Below, one piece after another: positions 28,519-38,577 of a stretch of 64,000 bases of DNA (within the stretch, counting starts at the first letter, position 1; every line of letters begins with the position of its first letter). The stretch comes from Gammaproteobacteria bacterium (GTDB taxonomy: Bacteria; Pseudomonadota; Gammaproteobacteria; JABDBA01). The translations under genes were made by a program, and so were the position numbers. The stretch spans positions 556,025 to 620,024 of the forward strand of contig JABDBA010000001.1 in the NCBI GenBank assembly GCA_013288885.1. Reading direction: 5' to 3'. The notes under the pieces were generated by a model. The model saw only the letters and a list, made by a program, of their open reading frames with translations. It did no database searches and had not been told where the DNA came from.

Positions 28519-29994
28519 ATGAAGAAGATGATTGTTGGTCGAAAAATAGAACAGAATATCTTAGCAGCCACCTTAAAATCGAAAAAAGCTGAATTTGTCG
28601 CCGTCTATGGCCGACGCCGGGTCGGTAAAACCTTCCTTATTGAACAATTCTTCATACAAAAACCTTGTTTATATTTTTATTTAACAGGGTTACATAAAGG
28701 AACACTCAAAGAACACCTAACTGTTTTTGCCAAATCTATGAGCACCGCTTTTTTTGCCAATACTGGCATTCAATTGGAAAGCCCCTCAAATTGGTTAAAA
28801 GCATTTGAATTGCTGACCAATGCAATCAATAAATTTTCAAAGCAAAAGAAGGTAGTGTTGTTTTTTGATGAATTGCCTTGGCTGGCCTCGAAAAAATCCG
28901 GCTTTAAAAAAGCGTTGGATTTTTATTGGAATACAAGATGGTCAAAAGATAACAGGATAATTCTTATTGTATGTGGGTCCGCTGCTTCTTGGATAATTAA
29001 AAATATAATTAATGATAAAGGTGGTCTTCATAACCGTATTACTTTACAACTCCCTTTATATCCATTTTCTCTAAAAGAAAGCTATGATTATTTAAATTAT
29101 ATGGGCAATAAATTTAATCAAAAGCAAACATTAGAACTTTATATGGTGTTGGGAGGCATTCCACATTATCTGGAAAAAGTAAAGTCTGATCTTTCCGCAA
29201 TACAAAATATTTCTAAACTTTGTTTTACAAGAAATGGGCAATTATTTAAGGAATTTGATAAATTATTTTCATCACTATTTGATAATGCAGAAACTTATGT
29301 GGAGCTGATTAAAATTATCGCTACTAAAAGAAATGGAATGACACGGAGAGAGCTTGAAAGTAAAGCAAAATTGTCAGAAAGTGGTGGAACTTTAACTGAT
29401 CGCTTAGTGGCATTAGAGCAGGCAGGATTTATAAAAAGTTTTGTGCCGATTGGCTATACCGAAAAAGGTTTGTGCTATAAGTTAATTGATGAATATTGCC
29501 TGTTTTACCTTACCTGGATTAACCCTGTTAAACGGCAAATTGAAAATGAATCTGAGCCTGGTTATTGGGCATCAAAAAATAGTACACCTGCATGGCGTAG
29601 TTGGTCTGGGTATGCATTTGAATCAGTTTGTTTAAAACATGTGGCGCAGATTAAAAAGGCGCTTTTTATTCCCCCAGGAACATTATCAGGGTCATGGTTT
29701 TGCCAACCTGACGGAAAAAATAAATTGGAAGGAGCGCAGATTGATTTGTTGTTTGATAGAGATGATGGAGTGATTACATTATGTGAAATAAAGTATTGTC
29801 AATCACCATTTGAAATTGATAAAAAATATGCCGATGAACTAGTGAGAAAAGTGAAGGTTTTTAAAGAGCGTACTAAAGTCAACAAACAAATATTTTTATC
29901 GATGATTACGGCAAATGCTTTGAAAAAAAACAGGTATTCAGAAGAGCTTATTACTAGTAGAGCAACGCTTGATGATTTGTTTCAAGATGTTTGA
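28519..29994 (+). CDS. AAA+/archaeal-type ATPase-wHTH-PD-(D/E)XK protein, paralog 2
   Basis: VGRKIE, YGRRRVGKT, FFDELPWLA, LIVCGSAASW, GGLHNR, GGIPHYL, GYAFESVC, GAQIDLLFDRDD..ITLCEIKY; colinear with 4716..6170. Confidence 0.9.
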   Translation: MKKMIVGRKIEQNILAATLKSKKAEFVAVYGRRRVGKTFLIEQFFIQKPCLYFYLTGLHKGTLKEHLTVFAKSMSTAFFANTGIQLESPSNWLKAFELLTNAINKFSKQKKVVLFFDELPWLASKKSGFKKALDFYWNTRWSKDNRIILIVCGSAASWIIKNIINDKGGLHNRITLQLPLYPFSLKESYDYLNYMGNKFNQKQTLELYMVLGGIPHYLEKVKSDLSAIQNISKLCFTRNGQLFKEFDKLFSSLFDNAETYVELIKIIATKRNGMTRRELESKAKLSESGGTLTDRLVALEQAGFIKSFVPIGYTEKGLCYKLIDEYCLFYLTWINPVKRQIENESEPGYWASKNSTPAWRSWSGYAFESVCLKHVAQIKKALFIPPGTLSGSWFCQPDGKNKLEGAQIDLLFDRDDGVITLCEIKYCQSPFEIDKKYADELVRKVKVFKERTKVNKQIFLSMITANALKKNRYSEELITSRATLDDLFQDV

Positions 29995-30015
29995 TACGGA
30001 TCTTTTTCAAAAAAC

Positions 30016-30075
30016 TTATTGCGCCATGGGTGTTCCCAGTAAACCTAGACCAATAAAACCGATTTTAGTGTTCAT
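30016..30075 (-). pseudogene. 5' remnant of an NAD(P)-dependent oxidoreductase (3-hydroxyisobutyrate/6PGD-like)
   Basis: GAGGAA RBS then MNTKIGFIGLGLLGTPMAQ*: a Rossmann GxGxxG start that stops after 19 codons, next to the ATPase 3' end. Confidence 0.7.
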
Positions 30076-30176
30076 TTTGTATGATTCCTCTCATAAATAT
30101 TATTTGAAAAATTCTAGCATGGTTACAATCAAAGAGTATATAATATCAATAATCATTAAATATAAGGAGGTTTCGG

Positions 30177-30770
30177 ATGGTCACATTAAAAAAATCTAAG
30201 ACAAAACTCACACAAGCAAGTATAGATGAGTCTATTGATGAATCTTTTCCCGCCAGTGACCCGCCTGCTTGGACGACGGTGTCAAGACAGCATAAAAAAT
30301 CAAGCACAGCTAATACCTTACAAGACAAAGTCACTCTTGAGTGGCAACGTACGAGTGCAAATTTTGATTATGAAACTTATAACCGCGACGCCAAACTAAC
30401 CTTTGCTGGAGGCGCGCGCATTCAGGTTTCAAATTCACCCGTCTATTTTGGTGAAGCCAAACATGCAAATTCGGAAGAGTTAATGATTGCTGCGTTATCG
30501 TGTTGTTATATGCAGACGTTCCTAGCTGTAGCCAGTAAACAAGGTTATAACGTCAAATCCTATAAAGACGAGGCCTTTGGTGTATTAGGCAATGATGAAA
30601 AGGGAAAAATGAGCATGACCGAAGTGAGCCTCAATCCTATTATCAAATTTGAAGGCATTCAACCTAATGATGCTGTATTAGTTAAAATACGCGAAAAAGC
30701 GCACGCTAATTGTTTTATTGCAAATTCTGTCAACTCTATTATTCATATCACTATTAAATTAATCAAATAA
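30177..30770 (+). CDS. OsmC/Ohr-family protein with N-terminal DESFPASDPP extension
   Basis: AAGGAGG RBS; NSEELMIAALSCCYMQTF and AHANCFIANS catalytic Cys motifs. Confidence 0.88.
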   Translation: MVTLKKSKTKLTQASIDESIDESFPASDPPAWTTVSRQHKKSSTANTLQDKVTLEWQRTSANFDYETYNRDAKLTFAGGARIQVSNSPVYFGEAKHANSEELMIAALSCCYMQTFLAVASKQGYNVKSYKDEAFGVLGNDEKGKMSMTEVSLNPIIKFEGIQPNDAVLVKIREKAHANCFIANSVNSIIHITIKLIK

Positions 30771-30783
30771 AAAGGAAATACCT

Positions 30784-33465
30784 GTGACATCCATTAACTC
30801 ACTGAATACCAAACGCACACTCACGGTAAAAGGCACCGACTATGATTATTATAGTTTGCCAGCTGCCGAAGAAGCAGGCCTCAAAGAAATTTCTAAATTA
30901 CCTTATACATTAAAAATTTTATTAGAAAATTTATTACGTTATGAAGACAATGTTTCGGTTACGCAAGCAGATATCATGGCGATTGCAGTGTGGCTTAGAA
31001 AAAAACATTCTGATCATGAAATTGCGTATCGGCCTACACGCGTGTTGATGCAAGATTTTACCGGTGTGCCTGCGATTGTAGATTTAGCGGCAATGCGTGA
31101 TGCGATTAAAAAAATGGGCGGTGATCCCGAACGTATTAATCCACTTTCACCGGTTGATTTAGTCATTGACCATTCGATACAAGTCGATCAGTTTAATACC
31201 AAAGATGCCATGCAAATTAATGCCAGAATGGAAATGGATCGCAATCGCGAACGCTATGAATTTTTACGCTGGGGGCAAAAAGCATTTCGTAATTTTCGTG
31301 TAGTACCGCCGGACACAGGAATTTGTCATCAAGTAAATCTAGAATATCTCGCTAAAGCAGTATGGATACATGAAATCGATGGCAAAAAGATTGCCTGCCC
31401 CGATACATTGGTGGGTACGGATAGCCACACGACAATGATTAATGGTTTAGGTGTTTTAGGGTGGGGCGTCGGTGGTATCGAAGCTGAGGCAGCAATGTTG
31501 GGTCAACCTATTTCCATGGTAATCCCCGAAGTGATTGGAGTTAAAATGACGGGGAAATTGCGCGAAGGTGTAACAGCGACTGATCTGGTATTAACGATCA
31601 CCCAAATATTGCGTAAAAAAGGTGTGGTGGGCAAATTTGTCGAATATTTTGGACCCGGGCTGCATCACCTGCCATTAGCAGATAGAGCAACGATCGGCAA
31701 TATGGCCCCTGAATATGGCGCTACCTGTGGCTTTTTCCCTATCGATCATATTACTTTGGAATATCTCACTCTGACTGGGCGTGATGCACAAACGGTTGCA
31801 TTGGTGGAAGCTTATGCTAAAACGCAAGGCCTTTGGCACGATGAGCACAGCGTTGATCCTTTATTCACTGAAACGTTAGAGCTCGATTTGAATTCAATTG
31901 AACCCTGTGTTGCTGGCCCTAAGCGCCCACAAGATCGTGTTCCATTAGCACAAACAGTTTCTACCTTTGATAAATTACTCGAAGATAATAATAAAGCCAA
32001 AGAAAAAAATATTGCGTTTAAAACCGATGCGGGTTTTGATCTTCGGCATGGTGATGTAGTGATTGCTGCGATCACCAGTTGTACCAATACTTCGAATCCC
32101 AGCATATTAATGGCAGCAGGATTAGTCGCAAAAAAAGCGGTAGAAAAAGGTTTAACCAGTAAACCCTGGGTCAAGACATCATTAGCGCCTGGCTCGCAAG
32201 TGGTAACACGTTATTTAGAAGAGGCGGGTTTACAAAAACATTTAGATGCACTCGGTTTTTCGTTGGTAGCGTATGGATGCACAACTTGTATTGGCAATTC
32301 TGGTCCGTTGCCCGACCCTATCGCAAAAACAATTACGCAGAATGATATGGTTGTTTCTGCGGTGTTATCAGGCAATCGCAATTTTGAAGGGCGTATCCAC
32401 CCGCAAGTAAAAGCAAATTGGTTGGCTTCACCACCACTGGTGGTAGCCTATGCGTTAGCGGGCACGACGCAAATTGATATTAGCAAAGATTCTTTAGGCA
32501 ACGATAAACAAGGTAAACCTGTTTATCTCAAAGATATTTGGCCGACTAATCTTGAGATCGCTCATGCCGTGACGGTGGTGAATAATAAAATGTTTAAAGA
32601 ACAATATGCCGATGTGTTTACCGGTGATCATGATTGGCAAGCGATGAAAATTCCCGAGAGTCAAACCTACGTGTGGCGCAAAGATTCTACTTATATACAA
32701 CACCCTTCATTTTTTGAAACGATGGCCCCTGCGCCAGAACAGATCCATGACTTTATGGGTACACGAGTGTTGGCATTGTTGGGCGATAGCATTACCACCG
32801 ATCATATTTCACCGGCCGGTTCGATTAAAACCGATAGCCCCGCAGGAAAATATTTATTAGAGCACGGAGTTGCTGTGCCAGATTTTAATTCGTATGGCTC
32901 GCGTCGTGGTAATCATGAAGTCATGGTGCGTGGCACTTTTGCAAATATTCGTATTAAAAATGAAATGGTGCCAGGAATCGAAGGCGGCATAACTAAACAT
33001 TTTCCCAGTGGTGAAACGTTGCCAATATATGACGCGGCGATGCGATATAAAAAAGATCATGTGCCACTTGTGGTTATCGCGGGTGCGGAATATGGCACGG
33101 GCTCATCGCGCGATTGGGCGGCCAAAGGTTCTAAATTGCTGGGTGTAGTGGCAGTAATCGCAGAAAGTTTTGAACGTATACACCGATCAAATTTAATCGG
33201 AATGGGTATTTTACCGTTAGAATTTATTGAAGGAACGACGCGTAAAACGTTAAAACTCGATGGTTCAGAAGTGATTGATGTTCTTGGTTTAGATGACCAA
33301 TTAAAACCGCGCATGAATGTAAAAGCGATCATTCATCGTGCTAATGGTGAAACCACAGAAGTTAATTTGCTCTGTTGTTTAGATACGGTCAATGAAGTGG
33401 AATATTATAAAAATGGTGGCATCTTGCAATATGTGTTACGTGGGATGTTGAAGCATGGGGGTTAA
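30784..33465 (+). CDS. acnA: Aconitate hydratase A
   Basis: RVLMQDFTGVP, IDHS, GICHQVNLE, GTDSHT, AITSCTNTSNP, GCTTCIGNSG, GSSRDWAAKG. Confidence 0.99.
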   Translation: MTSINSLNTKRTLTVKGTDYDYYSLPAAEEAGLKEISKLPYTLKILLENLLRYEDNVSVTQADIMAIAVWLRKKHSDHEIAYRPTRVLMQDFTGVPAIVDLAAMRDAIKKMGGDPERINPLSPVDLVIDHSIQVDQFNTKDAMQINARMEMDRNRERYEFLRWGQKAFRNFRVVPPDTGICHQVNLEYLAKAVWIHEIDGKKIACPDTLVGTDSHTTMINGLGVLGWGVGGIEAEAAMLGQPISMVIPEVIGVKMTGKLREGVTATDLVLTITQILRKKGVVGKFVEYFGPGLHHLPLADRATIGNMAPEYGATCGFFPIDHITLEYLTLTGRDAQTVALVEAYAKTQGLWHDEHSVDPLFTETLELDLNSIEPCVAGPKRPQDRVPLAQTVSTFDKLLEDNNKAKEKNIAFKTDAGFDLRHGDVVIAAITSCTNTSNPSILMAAGLVAKKAVEKGLTSKPWVKTSLAPGSQVVTRYLEEAGLQKHLDALGFSLVAYGCTTCIGNSGPLPDPIAKTITQNDMVVSAVLSGNRNFEGRIHPQVKANWLASPPLVVAYALAGTTQIDISKDSLGNDKQGKPVYLKDIWPTNLEIAHAVTVVNNKMFKEQYADVFTGDHDWQAMKIPESQTYVWRKDSTYIQHPSFFETMAPAPEQIHDFMGTRVLALLGDSITTDHISPAGSIKTDSPAGKYLLEHGVAVPDFNSYGSRRGNHEVMVRGTFANIRIKNEMVPGIEGGITKHFPSGETLPIYDAAMRYKKDHVPLVVIAGAEYGTGSSRDWAAKGSKLLGVVAVIAESFERIHRSNLIGMGILPLEFIEGTTRKTLKLDGSEVIDVLGLDDQLKPRMNVKAIIHRANGETTEVNLLCCLDTVNEVEYYKNGGILQYVLRGMLKHGG

Positions 33466-34649
33466 TGAGTAAGTCTATGAAAATCAAACATACTATAAAA
33501 TTACTAGGGTTAACCAGTTTATTGCTATTTAACATGGCTAATGCTGATCCAAAATCCGTTGATGCGAATACAGGTCTAATAAACCAAACGGTCACAGCGT
33601 TCATGAAAAAAAATAATGTGCCGGGTATGACGGTGGAAATTTATTTAGAGGGTCAACCACATTCATACCAGTTTGGTGTGGCGGATCAAGTGAAGAAAAC
33701 ACCAATTACCGATGAAACGATTTTTGAAGTGGGTTCATTTACAAAAGTATTTACCTGTTTACTCATCGCGCAACAAGTTGGTCAAGGTAAGATGAAATTA
33801 AGTGATCCCATCATTGAATACTTACCGCATTTGTTGCCAGCGAATAAAGATTTAAATACTATTACATTACAAAATCTTGCGACGCACACATCAGGTTTGC
33901 CGTTTAAAGCACCTGATATCATTACTTCGCAATCAGGATTACAACAATATTTTGTGGATTGGAAACCTTCTTCACCTATCGGTAGTCAATGGGCTTATTC
34001 TAATATGGGTATTGGTTTGTTGGGTTATGCGTTGGAAGCAAATACTGGCAGAAATTATAATCAACTATTGCGCGAAGAAATTTTAGTACCGTTGGGTATG
34101 GATCCTATCGGCATTAGCGTGGCCAAAGGTTTGCAACCGTATGTGGCGCAGGGTTATGATAAAGATGGTAAAACTGCTTCACCTATCGATATGGTTTTGT
34201 TCCAAGCGGCAGGAGCTATGCGGGCAAGCGGGCATGATATGTTAATGTTCCTTAACGCAGCGATCGGTTTACCAGGAACGCCTGATAATATTTTGCAAGC
34301 GATGCATCTAACACAAACGCCGTATGTAGCAACAGCAGATTCTCTACAAGGCTTAGCGTGGGAAATTCATCCTCTGACTAGCAAAACTTTACCGACATTA
34401 TTGCAGCCACCGGTAGAAATGAATATGGGCCCAATATCTGCAATGCAGCTGAGTGCAAATCAGCAACAATTTGATGGTAACGCGCTCATTGATAAAACAG
34501 GTGCAACCGATGGTTTTCGTGCTTATATGGCGGTGATCCCTAATCGCAAAACCGGTATTGTTATTCTGATGAACCGTTACGTTTCAAATGGAGAAATCGT
34601 AAAATTAGGTAGAACGATATTGTTGAAATTAAATAACTATACCACCTAA
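33465..34649 (+). CDS. Class C beta-lactamase-like serine hydrolase, secreted
   Basis: Signal peptide; FEVGSFTK (SxxK), LATHTSGLP, YSN, DKTGAT.GF. Confidence 0.88.
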   Translation: MSKSMKIKHTIKLLGLTSLLLFNMANADPKSVDANTGLINQTVTAFMKKNNVPGMTVEIYLEGQPHSYQFGVADQVKKTPITDETIFEVGSFTKVFTCLLIAQQVGQGKMKLSDPIIEYLPHLLPANKDLNTITLQNLATHTSGLPFKAPDIITSQSGLQQYFVDWKPSSPIGSQWAYSNMGIGLLGYALEANTGRNYNQLLREEILVPLGMDPIGISVAKGLQPYVAQGYDKDGKTASPIDMVLFQAAGAMRASGHDMLMFLNAAIGLPGTPDNILQAMHLTQTPYVATADSLQGLAWEIHPLTSKTLPTLLQPPVEMNMGPISAMQLSANQQQFDGNALIDKTGATDGFRAYMAVIPNRKTGIVILMNRYVSNGEIVKLGRTILLKLNNYTT

Positions 34650-34651
34650 CT

Positions 34652-34978
34652 CTAGGTTGTTTGTGTTCGCAACAAAGCTCGCACTAGATAGATTGTCATG
34701 TCATTGACAAAATCATTATTGTAACTCAATGCTTTGAGTTGTTTGCGAATTGCCCTGATCAAGCGGATAACACCCAAAATGCCAAAAGGGTTTTGCTTCC
34801 TAAATTTGATCACACGTAAACACGCAACGTTTACAACAGGATTAATGTTTTGGTCATCATTATTACTTAATGCCGTTGGGTTGGCATATTTAGTGCATTC
34901 TTGTGCTACTGCAATAGCTAACTCATGCATTTTTTGCTTTAAATTTACTGCTTGGTTTGTTACTTTAGACGTTGCCAT
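34652..34978 (-). CDS. Hypothetical protein
   Basis: AGGAG RBS, 108 codons, fills the gap between genes; no motif recognised. Confidence 0.55.
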   Translation of the reverse strand: MATSKVTNQAVNLKQKMHELAIAVAQECTKYANPTALSNNDDQNINPVVNVACLRVIKFRKQNPFGILGVIRLIRAIRKQLKALSYNNDFVNDMTIYLVRALLRTQTT

Positions 34979-35022
34979 TTGTAATGCTCCTGAGTTTAAG
35001 TATAAGCCAAGGTAGGTAAACT

Positions 35023-38000
35023 ATGTTAAAAACTGTAACGGTAATAGACCCATTATACCAAAAAATGCAACAAAATCAGCAAATAAAAAATTCTAACAAG
35101 CCTAGCAAAGACCCCGAGCATTACTATGACCTCGGCAATAAACTAACACAGCGCAGTAAATATAAGCAAGCTACCGCCGCTTTTGAAAAAGCGCTCGCGC
35201 TCAAAGCTAATTACCCAGAGGCTCAAGTAGGATTGGGCACCGCTCAAGTCAAGCTTAAAAGATTTGATGAGGCAATATCTGCTTATCAACTTACTATTGC
35301 ACTGGATCCCAATTATTACCAAGCTTATTTTAATTTAGGTTTATTATTGCAAAATTTGGAAAAAAGTGAGGCAGCTATATCAATTTATCAACAAGGGCTT
35401 GCTATAAAAGAAGATGTGAGTGGTTATAATAATTTGGGAGCCATTTTATTTAGTGAAGGGCGACTTGATCAAGCTATTGATGTTTTTAAAAAGGCAATTG
35501 CCCTTGATAAAAAATTTGCTTTGGCTTATTCCAATTTGGGAGGTGCATTGCTGAAGCGAGGAAATTTTGATGAAGCAATACAATATTTAGACCAGGCCAT
35601 TAGTTTAGACCCTACCCTTGAGGATGCCTATATAAGGCAAGGGCTTACTCTATCCTGTCAAACAAAATATACTGAAGCAATAGAAGTATTTAACAAAAAT
35701 ATAGAGAAAAATCCACAATCAGGATATTCGCGTTTTGGTTTAGCGCTGGTGCAGTTGACGCTAGGTCAATATCAAGAAGGTTGGAAAAACTATGAATATC
35801 GCTGGGAAGTGTCGTATTTAAAAAAAGAATACCAAAACCATGCGGCTTATCATCATTTGCAATTAAAGCCTGGCGATGACCTCTGCGGTAAAACCATTGT
35901 ATTACTCGCAGAACAAGGCTTGGGCGATACATTACAGTTTATTCGTTATGTATCGCTCGTGATTGAACAAGGTGCTAGCGTGATTGTGGGATGTCCTCCG
36001 AGTTTGCGCCGTTTATTTAGACAAATTAAAGGGATTAAAGAATTCCTACAAGAAGAAAAAGCAGGAAAAGCATTCCACTTCGATTATTTTTGTCATCTGC
36101 TCAGCTTGCCGAATTATTTTGGAACAACCTTAGAAACAGTACCTGCGGATATTCCTTATTTAACTGCGGAAGCTGAATTGATAAAAAAATGGCAGCCCTT
36201 AATCACCCAAAAAAATGACGATAAAAAAATTAAAATAGGTTTAGTGTGGGCGGGTGATGCCAGAAAAGATAACTATGAAAATGTAGCTTATTATATGGAT
36301 CTTAGGCGCAGTTTGCATTTATCAAAGTTTAGTAAACTTGCAAATATACCTGAAACTATTTTTTATAGTTTACAAAAAGGAGGGCCCAGTCAACAAGTTA
36401 AAGAAGTTCGCAAACAATTTAAAATAATTGATTATACCGATAAAATAACTGATTTTGCCGATACCGCAGCACTGATCGCAAATTTAGATTTAGTGATTAG
36501 TGTCGATACTTCTGTGGCGCATCTGGCCGGTGCGATGGGCAAACCGGTTTGGATATTGAGTCGTTTTGATGGATGCTGGCGTTGGTTAAATCAACGTGAA
36601 GATAACCCATGGTACCCGACCGCGCGCATATTTCATCAAAAACAGCCAGGAGATTGGGATGAAGTAATTGACCGGTTAGTAGAAACATTAGAGCAAGTCG
36701 TTAAAGAAGGTGTGCATAGTCCATTGCTTTATGCGCAAACAGAAAAAATACAAATAAGTGAAGATCCAACAAAAAATGCGGAATATTATTACGATCTGGG
36801 TAACACGCAAATAGAGCAGGCTAAATATAACGTTGCTCGAATTGCGTTTGAAAAAGCGATTTTACTCAAGCCTAATTATTCGGCAGCGCAAGTGGGGCTT
36901 GGTAACGCTTTGACGAAGTTGAATAAAATAGATGAAGCGACTGAGGCTTATCAACTGGCTATTGCATTAGATTCAAATTGTTATGATGCTTTTTTTAGAT
37001 TAGGGGTATTATTGCAAGGTAGAAAACATATAGAAGCGGCTATTCCAATGTATCAGCAAGCGATAGCCTGTAAAGAAACTACCGAAGCTTATAATAATTT
37101 AGGAGTTATACTGACAGATGCTGGGCGTCTTGATGAAGCTATCGTCGTACTTGAACGTGCCATTAGCCTTGATGATCATTATGCGATTTCTTACAATAAT
37201 TTAGGCGCTGCTTTCATTAAAGAAGGGCAATTTGCTGTTGCAGTAGAGTATGTACAACGTGCGGTTGATTTAGATTCAACTTCAATTAGTTTTCTCGGTA
37301 ACCTAGCAGTTGTTTATTGTTCGTTACGTAAACCACAGGAAGCAATCGAAATTTTTAAACAGGCGTTAGTAATTAACCCTAATTCCCAGTTCATATCTTT
37401 TAATTATTCATTAGCTTTATTATTAGCTGGAAATTATCAAGAAGGTTGGAAGTACTATGAAACACGCTTGCAAGCAGCACCGTTGCATGATGGATATTTG
37501 AAAGACTTAGTTAACTATAGGCATTACTTGCAGCCCGGGGATAATATTAGTGGAAAAATTATTTTATTAATTTGTGAACAAGGGTTAGGTGATGCGCTGC
37601 AATTTATTCGTTATTTGCCATTACTTATACGGGGAAAGGCAATTGTTATTTTAAAATGCCACAAAGAACTAAAAAAATTATTCTCACAAATCCCTGGCAT
37701 TAAAAGAATTGTAACTGTGGAAGAAAAAGAAGTAATACACGTCGATTATTTTTGTTATTTATTGAGCCTGCCTTATTTTTTTCAAACAACCATAGCAACA
37801 ATACCGACTAACATTCCTTATTTAAATGCAGATATTGATTTAGTAAAAAAATGGTCGCGATTAATTAGCAAGCAAAAACAAGCCAATAAAATCAAGGTGG
37901 GTTTAGTCTGGGCAGGCGCTGCTCTTAAAGGCTATAACAATAATACTTCCTATTATATTGACCTGAGGCGTAGTTTACATTTATCACGGTTTTTGCCATT

Positions 38001-38388
38001 AGCTAAAATTGCAGGAGTTGTTTTTTATAGTTTGCAAAAAGGGGAAGCACGTCAACAAATTAAAGAAGTGCGCAAAGCCATTAATATAATAGATTATACT
38101 GATCAATTAATTGATTTTTCTGAAACAGCTGCACTGATTGCTAATCTAGATCTAGTGATTACGGTAGATACAGCAGTAGCACATTTAACGGGTGCTTTGG
38201 GTAAACCCGTTTGGATATTAAACCGATATGATGCATGTTGGCGTTGGTTAATTGAACGCAATGATAGCCCTTGGTATCCCACTGCCCGATTATTTTGTCA
38301 GAAACAACCGGGTGCGTGGGAAGAAGTGATTGAGCATGTGGCAATTGCTTTGGAAAGCGAGCTTATGGATGTGGAGGTTACGCGGTAG
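35023..38388 (+). CDS. Tandem-duplicated TPR + GT-B (GT9-like) glycosyltransferase protein
   Basis: Two units, each with 6-7 TPRs then EGW..YE.R, EQGLGD.LQFIRY, LLSLP, IPYL, GLVWAG, FYSLQKG, DLVI.VDT.VAHL.GA.GKP, WRW, PWYPTAR.F.Q. Unit 2 starts near 36760. Confidence 0.9.
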   Translation: MLKTVTVIDPLYQKMQQNQQIKNSNKPSKDPEHYYDLGNKLTQRSKYKQATAAFEKALALKANYPEAQVGLGTAQVKLKRFDEAISAYQLTIALDPNYYQAYFNLGLLLQNLEKSEAAISIYQQGLAIKEDVSGYNNLGAILFSEGRLDQAIDVFKKAIALDKKFALAYSNLGGALLKRGNFDEAIQYLDQAISLDPTLEDAYIRQGLTLSCQTKYTEAIEVFNKNIEKNPQSGYSRFGLALVQLTLGQYQEGWKNYEYRWEVSYLKKEYQNHAAYHHLQLKPGDDLCGKTIVLLAEQGLGDTLQFIRYVSLVIEQGASVIVGCPPSLRRLFRQIKGIKEFLQEEKAGKAFHFDYFCHLLSLPNYFGTTLETVPADIPYLTAEAELIKKWQPLITQKNDDKKIKIGLVWAGDARKDNYENVAYYMDLRRSLHLSKFSKLANIPETIFYSLQKGGPSQQVKEVRKQFKIIDYTDKITDFADTAALIANLDLVISVDTSVAHLAGAMGKPVWILSRFDGCWRWLNQREDNPWYPTARIFHQKQPGDWDEVIDRLVETLEQVVKEGVHSPLLYAQTEKIQISEDPTKNAEYYYDLGNTQIEQAKYNVARIAFEKAILLKPNYSAAQVGLGNALTKLNKIDEATEAYQLAIALDSNCYDAFFRLGVLLQGRKHIEAAIPMYQQAIACKETTEAYNNLGVILTDAGRLDEAIVVLERAISLDDHYAISYNNLGAAFIKEGQFAVAVEYVQRAVDLDSTSISFLGNLAVVYCSLRKPQEAIEIFKQALVINPNSQFISFNYSLALLLAGNYQEGWKYYETRLQAAPLHDGYLKDLVNYRHYLQPGDNISGKIILLICEQGLGDALQFIRYLPLLIRGKAIVILKCHKELKKLFSQIPGIKRIVTVEEKEVIHVDYFCYLLSLPYFFQTTIATIPTNIPYLNADIDLVKKWSRLISKQKQANKIKVGLVWAGAALKGYNNNTSYYIDLRRSLHLSRFLPLAKIAGVVFYSLQKGEARQQIKEVRKAINIIDYTDQLIDFSETAALIANLDLVITVDTAVAHLTGALGKPVWILNRYDACWRWLIERNDSPWYPTARLFCQKQPGAWEEVIEHVAIALESELMDVEVTR

Positions 38389-38566
38389 CAATAAACTTGA
38401 TGATATTGATATCGCGCGACGGTAAACCTTTCATTAGCTTACGGTTTGCTAATACTTCGGTTGCTTTTACGACCATATAAGTATTCAAATTAATATTTTT
38501 AATGACAATAGTATTGTCACGATTTTGTGCAAATAAAGTATAAATTACCTTAGTATTAGCAGACAT
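38378..38566 (-). CDS. Small hypothetical protein
   Basis: AAGGA RBS 11 nt after the response-regulator stop; 62 codons. Confidence 0.6.
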   Translation of the reverse strand: MSANTKVIYTLFAQNRDNTIVIKNINLNTYMVVKATEVLANRKLMKGLPSRDINIIKFIATA

Positions 38567-38577
38567 ATATTTTCCTT

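Noticed and set aside
33465-34649. Acquired ampC resistance gene
   Set aside because: Coupled to acnA with no mobile-element context; motifs show family membership only, not activity.
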